64,000 bases of DNA from Camelus dromedarius. Taxonomy: Eukaryota. The DNA lies in the NCBI RefSeq assembly GCF_036321535.1, contig NC_087437.1, positions 36,768,001-36,832,000 of the forward strand, in the 5' to 3' direction. A model generated the notes under the pieces. It did no database searches, was not told the DNA's origin, and saw nothing but the letters and a program-made list of their open reading frames with translations. This document shows positions 28,501 to 42,459 of this stretch, in pieces. The position numbers and the translations under genes were made by a program. Every line of letters begins with the position of its first letter. Position 1 is the stretch's first letter.

Positions 28501-31500
28501 GTAGAATACAGAGCGATTTGAATTTCTTTAAAAATAATATGACTTTTATTAACATATTTTAAATGGTTAATTCATACTTGCTAGAAAAAAATAGCATTAT
28601 AAATATCCTAGTTTTCACAGATATACTGTAAAAGTTCACTTAGAAATCACCTTATTCCAGTAATATTATACATTTCCTTTCTAATCAGGTATCTTTTGCC
28701 TAAAAGGATTTGCAGCTAAGTTATTGGAGAATTAGCCTAAAAACCTGATGAAATTACAATTCATAACTAAAACTAAAGGAGAATAGAGAATACTAAAGAA
28801 TGAGTGAATTCTCATTTTTCCTTTACTCAATACTGATTACTTTGTCAGAATTTAAATGAGACTAGAGCAGAGTTTAATATATGTCTGAGTTTTAACTTTT
28901 CTCATTGTCTGCCCTCCAGTGACTCTATTTTAAAAAAAAATAGATCTTACAAGTATAACCACTGAATATCACATAATATTACTATAAGCATATTTTCTAG
29001 GGTCTCTTACTATGCCTGCAACAATCTAATTGTGCATTTTTATGTAAAATAATGTTAACATATTTTTCTATCTAAAATAAAATGATTTATCCTGGCTACA
29101 TACTCCTGCCAATTATTTGGAATCCAAAATTACGTTGGTGGGCATATGATTATTGCTATCTCCCAGGAAATAAAGATAATCAGATGTGCCTAGAAAACTA
29201 TGTAGTATTCTGTGATAAAGCTGTGTATTCTGTGTTTACCCATAAATCCTACTGAAATTTCAAACATGACTTTTTAAAAATTTAAATTCAGTTTTTTATT
29301 TAAATTTTACTTTATGCTTTGGAAAAGGCAGATTCTTTATCTCTTTGATATGAATGAGAAAACTGACATGCATCAAATAGTGTATGATATGATTATTAAT
29401 ATAATTATTTCCAAGCAGTTATAATTGATGGTACTTGGATTTTATTGGTAAGAAAAATGCTCCATTTGCTTTGTTTACGGCTAGATCTTTGGGGTAAAAA
29501 TAATAGTTTCTCCATTGTACAATTTTAGCACTTACAAATGAATTAGCTTAATTTCTCTTTGATAATAAAAGGCCTGCTCCATACCTTTCTTTGCCTAGAG
29601 GACATTAGCGAATTCTTCTCTCATCATATTTTTCTTGCCCCTGAGCTGGTATTATATCTGCCATGCAATCCAGAACAATCCTTTTCTTTGTGTAAGTGGC
29701 AGTATCAAGGATTTATGGCGGCTACTCCCTCCTACTAGCGAGGAGAGCATATGACTCAATATGCTTTAAAATCGAGTATAAATCAAAGTTGGTGAAAGGC
29801 AAACTTGAAAAAAATTGCATACGCGTATAAAAACACCCAAACATTTGTGGGGATTTCTCTTTATACTGTCACTAGATGTTGGAGAGCCAAAATGAGAGGA
29901 AAGAAAATTACGATCTATAATTTCAACTGACTTCATAGATCTCATCATTAGTGACAGCTGAGATAGCTGAACACTTTTTGATGTGATTTAGAAGAAATCA
30001 ACTTTCCTCTCTCTGAGAATTTTCTTTTTTACACAGAAAGGGAACTTTTAACAAGAAAGACAGTTGTGCGGAGTGTAGGTCGGAGGCTAGTGTCCAAATT
30101 CCAGGTCTGTTGCATACTTACTTGTGATACTTAATACAAGTTACTCAGCTTCTCAGAATCAGTGACCTCCATTTCCATCCCTGGATCCCTGGGTATTGCT
30201 ATATATCTAAGCATTTCCATTATGGACAAAAGAAAAAAATGCATTATAATAATAACAATGCTGCCAACACATTTTCCTTCAGAAGTTACACCACACTCAT
30301 AAACACTGTTTTTGAAGAAATAATACTAAGAAGACATGTCATTTCTGAACGGTGAATTATACTCAAAGTCAACAATGGAGGAAGAGTTATATCCATATTC
30401 CTTCTGCCAAATAAGGCCTCTCTTTTAGACATCCCAGCACAGTTCCTCTTTTGAAGTGTATGTCTTTATGAAGAGATTAGGGTTAAACATATCCATTTAC
30501 ATTAAAACAGAACTATGTCTTTTGCTTTTGATGGTCCCCACATTTCTATCCTAGGGAATAATGTGATCAAAGCACTTCTCTGCTCTTACTGGATAAACAG
30601 TTCAGTGTTTTAGTAAATGGCTTTGTGGTAGGTTATGTCAAGTTCCTAAGATGTCCTATCTAGCAAGGAGTATGACCTGTGGTTGCAAATGGTAGAAATT
30701 ATTTGTAAACAATAATGATTTGTGTTTTGAAATAGCAGATAAAGAATTGATACTATTCTTAGTTATATTTTGATTGTACAATATTTGTAGTATTTCTACT
30801 GTGTTGTACACTATTAGTAATATTTTAGTATTCAATATTAGTAATATTAGTAATATTCATGATGATTTCAGAAGCTGGCACTGATTAGAATTTGATTTTT
30901 TGAAATTTTAATGACTGCTATTATTTTTGTCTGTATTACCATACTTTAAGGTGAAATCTGCAGTCGTCAAGCTGCATGTCTTCACTCTTTTTGTCATTTA
31001 TCCAATAAACATATTTTCAACCTAACTTTTCCAAATATTGAATAGAGAAAAGTAATATTGCAGGAAAACAATAATAATAAGAGTTTGTAATAAAGTGCTA
31101 TGTCTTAGACTACCCAATATTATCATTTCTAATTCTTTTTAGCTAAAAAAATTAATGGTTTCACATTCCTCTGAATATTTTTTTTCTTTGTCTCCTTGAA
31201 ACTGAAATTTTGATTTTTTTTACCATTGTTCTGTCATTTCTTGACACTTTAAACTATTCATCAAAATCTACCAGAAAAATATTATCAGTAGATTGAATGC
31301 TTTAAAGGGTTCATTTTAAATTAAAAAAATAAAACCAAACATAATTTAATATCCTAAAGATAACAGGCATTGACTTCCTTGTTATTTACAACAGATATTA
31401 TTTATCTTAGTATAGTTTAATGGATTGGAAGGGGAAAACACAAATAGAGTAAATAAGTGATCTAGTGGTCAATTTTTGTAATCTTGATTTTAATTTGGAA

Positions 31501-31634
31501 AATTAAATGCATTCCTTATATATAAAGGATCACTGAACATTTTTTCATCAGTAATTTTTAAATATCTGTCCACATCTGTCCTTGAAACTTTTCGTTCATG
31601 AAAGAATACATTATTCTCAAGCTGACTTTAAATA

Positions 31635-31740
31635 TTTTTAAAATACTAAAAAAAATATTTTAATGGAAGTACTGAGGATTGAATCCAGGATCTCATGTAT
31701 GCTAGGCATGCGCTCTACCATTGAGCTAGTCCCCACTCCC
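31635..31740 (-). mobile_element. tRNA-Ala-derived SINE (camelid Vic-1-like)
   Basis: Minus strand GGGAGTGGGGACTAGCTCAATGGTAGAGCGCATGCCTAGCATACATGAGATCCTGGATTCAATCCTCAGTACTTCCA with A and B boxes; exact 16-bp TSD AAGCTGACTTTAAATA (31619-31634 / 31741-31756). Confidence 0.9.
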
Positions 31741-32059
31741 AAGCTGACTTTAAATACATAGAGAACTTCCAGTTCTGCTAACTAAGGCAGCCACTGTCTA
31801 TGTCTTGCACTATCTTATGAATTTCAAATAATATAGTTAAACAAATCTATATAAATATGTTTATTAACCATAAGAATTGTGTTTTTATATTCTGTTACTT
31901 TAAAGAAGCCCATCTACCCTTCCCTACTGCTTTGTTCAAATTTGTGTTCATTGCATTGTTATTTTAGTTGATCTATTGACGTTCTTTATAATATAAAGTA
32001 GAACTAAGTATCAAGTGAGGTGAAAACTGCTATTCCACTAGCTTTTGCCTTGAGAAATA

Positions 32060-35000
32060 TTCCAGACTACAGATCCAGAGACGGGGATGTCAGTAGGAGC
32101 CTGTCAGATTCCCTATGTTTAAGTGTTGAGAGTCTAGAGGAACCAAGGGGGCTAGAGTTTGCAAGGCAGAGTATCAGAGAAAGAGAGCTTCACAGAGAGA
32201 GGACTACAGACAACTGTGGTAGGACCCCTAAATATCCAGACAATACTTATAACTCATAAATTTGAGGAATTCTCCTAAGCCACAGAAAAAAAGAAAACAC
32301 CTGAAAAGATTATCGGAAACAGTACTTATACCCTGCACCAAACCAGGAATAATGCTAATTGCCAAAAGCCAGACTGGAAATTTTCATAATTTATGAGGAA
32401 TTGGATACAGTGTTCAGAAGTTTTTCTTGGGAGTGTGGAATAATTAGCTCTTTACTAAAAGTTGCTAATGTCTTCCTAACACATCTTAAAAGCAATATCC
32501 AAGAATATTAAACAGTTTTAAAGTAACTGAACTCTCTCCCAGAACAAAGCTCAAGAGTATTTATAGGAATACACACTATTTATTCAGCATGATTTAACAT
32601 AAAAGTAACAATTATTGGCATCAAATAAGTAATTACTAAGCATGCAAACCCAGGAAAATATGAATGAAAACACAATGTATTAAAGTCATAGGATGCAGTT
32701 AAAGTAGTACTTTGAGGGAAATTTTTGTAGCACTAAATGCCTTTATTGTAAAGAAGAAAGAAAAGAGTGGTCTTACATTAAGAAGTCAGCCTTTCTTAAG
32801 TAAAACTTCTTTAAAAAGAGAGAAAAATAAACTCCAAACAGAACAAAAGAAAAATAAAGATCAGATATAAAAAACAGAAAAAATAATTTAAAAAATCAGT
32901 AACATCACAAGATGTTTTTGGATAAGTTCAGTATAAATTGATAAACCTCTGGTAAGAGTAATAAAAAAAAAGGCTAGAGAAATTATAAGAAATAGCAATA
33001 TGAGAAATGAGACAAGTGAAATCATTACAGATACTCCAGATACTGAAATAAGAATATGGGAATATTACAAGGAAAGTAATAATCTTTCATAATATGAATA
33101 TTATGCAGATAAATTGTACAACCTTAATGAAATGGACATAACACTTGAAGGACACATACTCTCAAAACTCACTCAAAAATAATGTGAATAAATTGATATC
33201 TATTGTCAAATGAAAACATCTGAATTTAGGGAGAGATTTTTTTTCAAAAGAAAGGCTACTGCAGTAAGAATACCCTGATTTCAGAGAACTGCAACTATCA
33301 TAAATCAAGCCAAAAAAAAAAAAAAAAGCCTTTTCTATCTTCATTCTATCATCAGTAAAGAGGGATAAGCAAAGACAAGCAAGATGTTTTAAAGGGAAGT
33401 TGGGCAGCAAAAGAAAATGTCTAATGAAGTCAGATAAGAAAAATGTCTCACTGTGGTCAGTTGATTCTCAGGATAAATTGATGAGACAGACTGTTCCACT
33501 TTTTATAGCTTGCTAAGGCTTGGGAACAAAAGGAGTTCAGGAGATAGTAAGGAGAAAAGCCTAACCAAAGTTTGGTTAAAACAAAGAAGACAGTAAGAAA
33601 TGGGCAATTGTGAGCACATTATGAAAGAAATTGAACTTATAGTTAAAATCATTTCACAAAGAAAACTCCAAGTTAAGATGGCTTCACTGGTGAATTGTTA
33701 CAAACATTTATAAAAGAAATAATTCTGATGCTAGATTTTTTTATAAAAAATTTAAAGAAGTTAGAATACTTATCAAGTTATTCTGTGAGACCATTATATT
33801 AATTATTATTCTAAAAAAAATTCAGGAAAGGACATTAAAAGTATATTTCAATCCAAAATCCCTTATGAATATATGCACACAATTTTCTAAAACAATTTTA
33901 ACAGATCAAATGCAAGATTATATAAAAGGAATAATACTTCATGACCAAATGGAATTTATCCCAAGAATGCAAGGTTGATTTAACATTCAAAACTCAATTG
34001 ATGTTAGAGCATCAGGAACTCTAATTCATTACTAGTGGGAATGCAAAATGGTAAAGCTACTTTGGAAGACAATTTGCTAGTTTCTTACAAAACTAAACAG
34101 TCTTATCATATCACCAATCAACTGCACTCTTACTTATGTGCGCACCTGGTTTGAAAATGTATATCTACACAGTAATATTCACATGAATGTTTATATCAAC
34201 TTTATTTTTAATCACCAAAAATTGAAAGAAGCTAAGGTGTCCCTCAATAGGGTAATGGATAAGCAAACTGTAGTCAGTCCTTACAGTGAAAGACTATGAG
34301 CAATAGAAGGATTGAGCTATTAAGCCAACCAAAAACATTAATGAATGTTAAATGTATATTGATATTTGAAAGAAGCCACTCTGAAAAGGCTCTGTACTCT
34401 GTGATTTGAATTATATGACATTCTAGAAAAGGTGAAAATATAGAGATGCTGAAGAGATCAGTGTTTGACAGCAGGTTGTTGAATGGTGAAGCACAAGGGA
34501 ATGAAAATATTCTGATTCAGTATGATACTCTAATTGTAATTACATGACCCTATTTATTTGGATTATCCATAGATCTTTTCAGCAAAAAGAGTGAAGATTA
34601 ATGTATACAAATTATATAAAACATTTAGGGAGTAAAGGGAAATCCCACCATGCAAAAGAACTGTAGTAACAAAAGAAACTAATTGTATTACAAATATATG
34701 AAATCTCCACAACAAAGGGATTGGTATAAAGACTGCTACCTAAATAACTTTGGAAATGAGTGTAGTCTGGAAGATTAAAGACAAAAGGAGCTGTATATAA
34801 GTATTGTACTTTAGTTGATAAAGTTGTTTAGTGCTTTCCTAGGAGGGTAAGGTTAACAAATCTGAAACTGCTGTACCTATATACTAAAGTCAAACAATTA
34901 AGTAAATGGATGGTGGATGGTGGGAGCCACATGTCTTACCGAAGAGGTTACAGATTAACAAAGAGAGAATGCAGGATGAATTACATAGTAAGGATTAGAG

Positions 35001-35690
35001 TTGGGGACATCAGCATGAAGGCAAATTTAGCTTAAAAGAAATACAGATGGAGAGAGATCTATACATGTGGGTTAGTATACACATATGCATAACCTTGTTC
35101 TGTCAGCTGAGAAGACCTAGAAGTAATGACACTGTAGTAGCAACGAGCACACGTGGCATTCACATCTTGGTTTCTAATGTTTATCTCCAATAACGGAAAT
35201 AAGGGGTGCTTGGGGAAATGATTGATTTTAGGACTGAGGCAGGAGTTACATAATCTTCCCCTAATTGATCTGTAGATTCAGTATAATGGCAATCAATATT
35301 AAACAGTCTTTCTTTTTTTTAGAAGTATAGGCAAGCTGATTCTAAAATTCATATGGAAAGGCTAAATTTGTTGAATAGTCAAAGCAGCATTTTAAAAGAA
35401 GTATGAAGTTAATGGAAAGCACTACCTTTTTTCAAGATTTATTTCGAGACTCTTTATAGTAATCCAGACAGTGTATTGTTGGCATAAAAACAGGCAAATA
35501 TATCAAGAGAACAGAATAGACAGTCCAGGATATCAATGTACACAAAACTATTTTTGGAGAAAGATGCAAAGGCACTTCATTGGATAAAGAATAACCTTTC
35601 AACAAATGGTTTTTAAACAATTGAATAACTATATATAAGAAAAAATGAACTTTGATTTGTATCTTACATCGTATACAAAATTTAATTTCT
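32060..35690 (+). mobile_element. Composite old L1M (5' piece, ORF2 pieces) with a nested L1MC-type 3' end (about 34010-35250)
   Basis: ORF2-like DGFTGE..YFMTKWNLSQECKVDLTF region 33670-34000; ORF2 resumes at about 35250; ORF 35432..35620 is antisense to ORF2. Confidence 0.8.
33204..33616 (-). mobile_element. Old ERV1-type solo LTR (MER31/67-like) interrupting L1 ORF2
   Basis: TG...CA bounded segment; L1 ORF2 sequence stops at about 33203 and resumes at about 33617. Confidence 0.55.
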
Positions 35691-38509
35691 TAATTCCATC
35701 AACAAAACCATTCCTGCCTTACTCTGACACATAGCACAGTGCCTTGTCCAGAATAGATGCATAATAACATTTCCTCAGTGCTGAACAAATAAATATCCCC
35801 ATTTGAGAAAATGTACTTGGTATCTTGAGAATTTCTTTTGCCTTGTTTGTTTGCTTTGGTTGTGTTTACCTAAAACTTCTAAGTGCACCTTTCCCTAGAC
35901 TTCAGAAGCCTAGGGAAATCAGCATCCAAGGCATTCTTTTGAATCTATAAGCATGCATTCAAAAGAACTTGTTTAAAATGTGGTAATGTGGTGTTTGATG
36001 GGGCGCTCAGAGAAAGCCATTATGTGTCATTTGCTATAAAATCACTCTTTCTCCCAGGCTTCACCATGATGCAGTTTCAGAATGGCTCTTATTAAATGAG
36101 TGAGGATACTGAATGACGTATTTGTATCTTTGTTGATAACCATAAAATATTTAGGATTGTGTCCATGTGTCATTGACTGACAATTATATTTAAATTTAAG
36201 TTAGCTGGCATGAGATACTTATTTTCTCCATGCTCATATATTATTATAATCATCTGCAGCATTTTCATTAGTTTATTTTCATGCCTTATCACTGTGAAAA
36301 ATTAAGTCTGCAAGTTTGTTTTCTTTAAAGGTTGTGCTGCTTTTATCTGTAAAAATTCTTGGAGTGATTGAATACACAGTACAGAACGATTCCTTCCTTT
36401 GTATAAAGCATTTTTAAACACAAGATTAAATGTATTCTTAAGAACAAATATATTAAATATGTAAGTCTCTGGATATATTTGTATATGGAAATAGACATAG
36501 CTGTGTAGCTATATGGGTAAAATGTTCTGGATTAACAAAGATAAAACCCATCAGAAGGTTGTATTTCCTGATTCTAAAAATTAATCTCAACCCACAAAAT
36601 TTGAAATGTGGCACTTATAATATATTTTTGTGCTGTTCTGTTAATGATTACCAGGGCACTAGGATTACTGAAATATCATGTTTTTTAATTTGAACATTTT
36701 ATATCAATCATGAAGAAAAGAATGTGTTGATAGTGTGAGAAGAAACATGTTTTCAAACCAAAACTCTGGAGGTTCAAAGAGCATGTAGATCTGCCTCCTC
36801 GGGCTTTTTCACAAAAGAGTTGTTTTCAGAGCATTTATTTATTCATTAACACATCTTTAATATGTTGTATATATTAAAAATGCTTCAGGTACTAGAACCT
36901 TTAAGGTTTTGCCCTTAAAGAGTTCATAGTGTAAAAAAATATGCATAGGATGTTTTAAAGTTCATAAATAAATCTTACATTCATTTTTATTTTTTATCAG
37001 TTACATAGTAACAGTGTCTCTATAAATAAAAGGACAGAAAATCATCATGTTTCAATGAGAAGTAAATGAAGTAAAATAAGTATGTACCCCTAAAATTCAG
37101 TACAGAACTCTAGAAGGTTAAACAATATTATCAGGCTATTATCTCCAACAGCTAACCACATCTTGAGTTAGTGCCCCATTTAGTAAGAATGATCTATCTA
37201 TCTAGGGCAGTGTAATCAAGAGAAGAATTAATAAAATATTTTACTAAAGCTTCAATTTGTATTTTCCAGCCTAGTCTAGAGAAGAAAAGTTTGAATTGTC
37301 TCTTCATGCTTACACAACAATTGTCTTGTCCTTCAATTTCTTATGATGATCAGAAGGGCTCAATTCTGCATCCCAGTGGTACCTAAATGGCTGTTCACTC
37401 CTGTTTCAACAGGTCCCCTGGACAGAATCTGTCTGCTTCCCCTCTCCTTGGCCTTTTAAAAATTATTTTCTTTCAATTTCTCACACTCAATCTCTTCTTG
37501 TCATGTTGTTAGTCTTTCAGCTCCATCAGATTTATGAAATCCTGGAGTACAAAATGAGAAAGAAGAAAAGTTGCTTTCAGAGTTCTCTACCCACAGTATG
37601 CAATAATTTTAAGATAATTAGATATTTCACACTGCTCAGATTAGCATTTTTGTAGGCATCTCCTGTTCTACATTATGCTAAAGGAGTATTCATTAGTTAT
37701 TGTTTCATCATATACATATAAATCACTGATGTTTTAGCAGAAAATGATTAAATACAGCAAATTAAATACCTACAACACCAACAGAATGTGTCAAAGAGAA
37801 AGTGACCTCTCAGGAAATCACGAAAGACCAGTATCACAGGAAGCTACCTCTGAAAATCTCAGCTGCGTTTTAGCAGTAAAGCAAGCGTTGAGCATCAGTT
37901 TATCAGAAAGCTGATGCAAAAAGCCTCATCTGCCATTTACACATGTGTCTGTCTACTGTTCTTTAGGTAAAATAATGGTTTATCCTTCTCTTTCCCATAA
38001 ATCTAGTCACTCTCAAGGGGAAGAGATTGCACCAGGGCATGGATATCAGAAGGTAAAGATCATGGGGAACTACTTTAGAAGATGCCTATGACAGGTATTT
38101 TTCAGAATAGCTTTTAAATGATTCCATTCCTTATTTTCTCACCTGCACTTTGAGTTGTGTTCACAGATCTTAAGCTAGAATGTTTTGTTTTCTGTTTTTG
38201 TTGTGTTACAAGCCATTCAAGCATCTAGCAGATTTAGAAGGCAGTGGATTATTTGGAGCCATAAGTAGTATCATCAGGTCAATTTCAATCCTGCTATTTT
38301 TCTGTTTATTGAAGCCACTGAAATGTAGTTTTAAAATGTCTCTTTTCAGCTTTATATTTAGCTCAATGTAGCCTCCAAGCATAAGCTATAGCCTGTAAGA
38401 TGGACTTTGTTGGTCTATGGCACATTATACTTAAGGCCAACTCTTAACCACACTAGAGCTTTAAGATTGTTGCAGCAGCCATGTTTCTTTTGGACTGCTC
38501 AGGAGTCCA

Positions 38510-40940
38510 GCCTGTAAGGAGCTCCAAAGTCATCATTCTGTCCTAAGTAAAAAGCTGAACAAACTGAAAAATCAGCAACTGCTCTTTGATATGTCTGAGA
38601 AGTTACACCCCAGGGCAAAGCACTGCTTCCCAAACTGAAGCAGCAAACAAGCAGATACAAAGAATCATCATGCAGAGAACCAGTATCAGAGTAGGAAACC
38701 TAAACTGTAATTGATGATTGCTGGAGGCTCAGAGTGGTCAAATTTGAGAGTTAGCAACTCCAGTGGAACCCAGTCAGAGGGGAGCTCTCAAACTTTTGTG
38801 AGTTTTATCTCCAGGACCTCTTCCAGGTTCTCACAGTGAAGATTAAAAACAAAAACAAAAACAAAAACAAAAACAAAAACAAAAAACACATATATTCAAT
38901 ATCTTGTAATAAACTATTATGTAAAAGAAAAAAGAAAAGAAAAGAAAAAAAAATCCCTCCAGTTTTTGGCAGGGATTAGAGAAAAGTAACCAATTTGAAA
39001 TGTGCCAGAACATTCTGTTCTTCTTAACAAAGCCTACCCTCAAGCAAAATTATTTCATCACAACCTGATCCACTGAGGTTTTATCAGAGCCTAACCAACC
39101 TGGGGAAAAGGAAATAAATATCCAACTCCAGGCCTCCCTAGCCATCCTGTCCCACCTAAAGAGGTGAGGAAAAAGAAAAATAAAACCAACTGAGAAGCAC
39201 TAGTAAAGTTCACAGATCAGGGCGCAGGCTACTAAAGTGACTGAGAACCCAATCATAGCCTAGGAAATAGGTCCCCTCCTCCTACGCCTTACCGCTGCAT
39301 TAATAAAGGCCTATTTACTTCAGTTCCTTTTAACCCATATATCATGTCTGTGTTTCAACAAAAAAATTAATAAGGCATAATAAAAGGAATAAAGCACAGT
39401 TAGAAGAGGCACAGCAAGCATCAGAAACAGACCCAGATATGATAGAGATGTTGGAATTATCAAATCATGAATTTAAAACACTACTTCCCTCTAATTTTTG
39501 TGATTAATATGCTGAAGGTTCTAATGGAAAGGGTAGATAATATGCAAGAACAGATGGAAAATGTAATCAGATATGGAAATTCTAAGAAAGACTCAAAAAG
39601 AAATGCAAGAGATAAAAGAAAAAACACCATAATAGAAATAAAGAATGCCTTTTGAGGAACCCTTTAGTAGACTGGACATGATTATGGAAAGAATTTTTGA
39701 GCTCAAGGATATAAAAATAGAAAATTCTACAATGGAAACAAAAATAGGGAAAAAAAAAAAACCCACAATATCCAAGAACTGTAGGACAGCTTCAAAAAGT
39801 ATAATATACATTCCATTCTGGGAATGCCAGAAAAAAAGAGAAAGAAAGAAAGGAACAGAAGCAATATTTGAAACAATAAAGAATGAGAGTTTCCTTGAAA
39901 TTAATGTCAGACACCAAAGCACATATCTAGAAAGTGTAGAGAATACAAAGTGAGATGAATGCCAAAAGAACTACACCCAGGCATATTATATTCAAACTTC
40001 AAATAAAGATAAAGAAAGATAAAGAAGAAAATCTAAATTAAAGATAAAGAAAAATCTTGAAAGAAACCAGCAGAGGTTTGGTGGGGGAAGCACCTTACCT
40101 ATAGAGAAGCAAAGAAAAGAATTAATTCAGCTTCTCAGAAACCATGCAAGGAAGAAGACTGAAAATATTTTAAGTGTTATGAGAAAAAAATTATGAATCT
40201 AAAATTCTGTATTGCCTGAAATTCTCCTTTAAAAGTAAAGAATAAAGATTTTCTCAAGCAAAAATTGAGGGAATTTGTTGCCAATAGACCCGCCTTTCAA
40301 GAAATGTTAAAAGTTCCTCAGAAAAAGGAAAATTGTATGTCAGGAAGTTGAATTTATATAAAGAAAATAAGAGCATTAAAGGAGGAATAAGTGAAAGTGA
40401 AATAAAAACTTTTATTTTTCTTAACGGATCTAATAGATAACATTTTTAAAAATAATAGCAACTATATATGTAATGATTATAGTTTACGTATAAGTGAATT
40501 AAATGATAGCAATGATATAAGGGATGGGAAGAAGGAATTAAGAATATTTTATTATTATAAGTTATTTGCTCTGCACAAGAAGAGGTATAGTGTTATGAAA
40601 GTACACTTGGATTAGCTGTAATGTACATTGCAAATTCAAGGGCAATCACAAAAAAGGGGGAGGGGAGCATAATTGATATAAGATAGAAACTGAATGATAC
40701 TAAATGCTCAGTTATAACCACAAAAGGCAGAAGATAATAGAAGACAAGGATAGGAATAAACAGCAAAAGCAACAAGTACAAAACAGTAATAAAATGACTG
40801 ATTATCAGTAATCACTTAATGGTCTGAATACACCAATTAAAAGACAGAAATTGCCAAAATGGATGAAAAAAACAAAACTCAGTTATATATTGTCTAGAGG
40901 AAACCCACTTTAAATATAAAGACACAGAGATTAAAAGTGA
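38510..40940 (+). mobile_element. Old L1MC/MD 5'UTR + ORF1 + ORF2 start
   Basis: ORF1-like INMLKVLMERVDNMQEQM, SRLDMIMERIFELKD and TPRHIIFKL; endonuclease start NGLNTPIKRQ near 40820; (CAAAAA)n at 38845-38887. Confidence 0.88.
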
Positions 40941-41209
40941 TGCAAAATGTATTTCACACCCCAACTTAGAATATGTACAGAAGTTTAAAGTATATCTAGT
41001 TAATATATTCTTTCTCCTAAGCACCCACATCTCAATAATTATATTGGAGATCAAGATGAGGGAATTTTTGTTCCTAATTGCTTGAAAGTTTAGAATAATA
41101 TTTTTAAAATAGTCCATTTAGGTACTTTTTATTAAAGAAAAATATTTTCTTCATGTCTTCTGTTTTCACTTGGCTGTGCTCCTCTTTTTAAGGGCACCAA
41201 TGGAGTTGT

Positions 41210-41490
41210 TTTGTTTTTTTATTGAATTATAGTTGATTTACAATGTTGTGTTAGTTTTAGGTGTACAGCAGGGATTCAGTTATACATATACATATATATT
41301 CTTTTCCATTATAAGTTATTACAAGATATTGAATATAATTTCCTGTGCTATACAGTAGGTCCTTGTTGGTTATGTATTTTATATACAGTAGTGTGTATCT
41401 GTTAATCCCAACCTCCTAATTTATCCCTCCCCCTACCTTTCCCCTTTCATAACCATAGTTTGTTCTTCTATGTCTGAGTCTACTTCCCTC
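41210..41490 (-). mobile_element. L1 3'UTR stub (cetartiodactyl type)
   Basis: ATTGAATTATAGTTGATTTACAATGTTGTG..TTATTACAAGATATTGAATAT..TAACCATAGTTTG. Confidence 0.88.
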
Positions 41491-42359
41491 TAATTTTTAG
41501 TGATTTACACATATAAATGTTTAAAAACAGAAGGTATATGTAAATGGTTAAAGATGGATTAAAATTAATAAAATGGAAATAACATATAATTTTCAAAATA
41601 TAAGGATTAGTGAATAAAGGAGATAACTATCAAAAGAGTCTTTTGACTCAAAAGAATCTCTGAGAATATGAGGAACATGAGCCCATCTAGAAAGAGTGTC
41701 ACCTAGAGAGAAAAGGATGATTCTAAAATGCCAGGTATGGGATATGGCTTAATGGTTAAACTTATGGTCTTCAACTTCAGAGGAACTGAAATCAAATGGT
41801 AGATTTTTCAACTGTGGACTAGGTGACAATACTGAATCTCTGATTTTTCTCAATATGAAGGAGAAAATAATAATTCTATTTCATAAGAGTTTTGCAAATT
41901 GGAGGTGATAATGCTGGTTAAGTATATGGTACATTGTGAGACACACACAGGTAATTATATTAAAATATATTTAGCACACCTGAACACAATGTGCTTTTTC
42001 CAGAATTCTGTGTTTCAAACTTCTTAATTCTTGATTCTACTTGGATATGGCTCTGGGTTTTTGTTGTTGTTGTTGTTTTAATAATATAGAAGTGAGTAGT
42101 AGATTCAAAGAAACAGATGTATTTGTTTTTCAGTTACTTTACTGCTGTCTGCCTAAAGAGATATTATTTCTGAAACTTCACATACTGTCTGTTATATATT
42201 TCTTTGGACTTAAACTCTACTTTGCTTTTTCTGGGTTAATATTGTAATATCCATGGAGCATTAAGAAACATAGTTTGAAATTAAACAATTAAAGTATGGT
42301 ATGATGAACCTAAAGCTTAGCTAGGAGGGAGACTTATGACTTAAAACACACATATTTTA

Positions 42360-42441
42360 TTTTATTTTATTTTATTATTTTTTTAAGTTTAACATTTTTT
42401 ATTGAGTTATAGTCATTTTACAATGTTGTGTCAAATTCCAG
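42360..42441 (-). mobile_element. About 80-bp young L1 3' stub with (TTTTA)n tail
   Basis: 17-bp TSD AAAA(C/T)ACACATATTTTA at 42343-42359 / 42442-42458. Confidence 0.85.
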
Positions 42442-42459
42442 AAAATACACATATTTTAA

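Noticed and set aside
31664..31740. tRNA-Ala(AGC) gene
   Set aside because: Stems are mismatched, there are extra 5' bases, and a tail plus 16-bp TSD mark it as a retroposed SINE.
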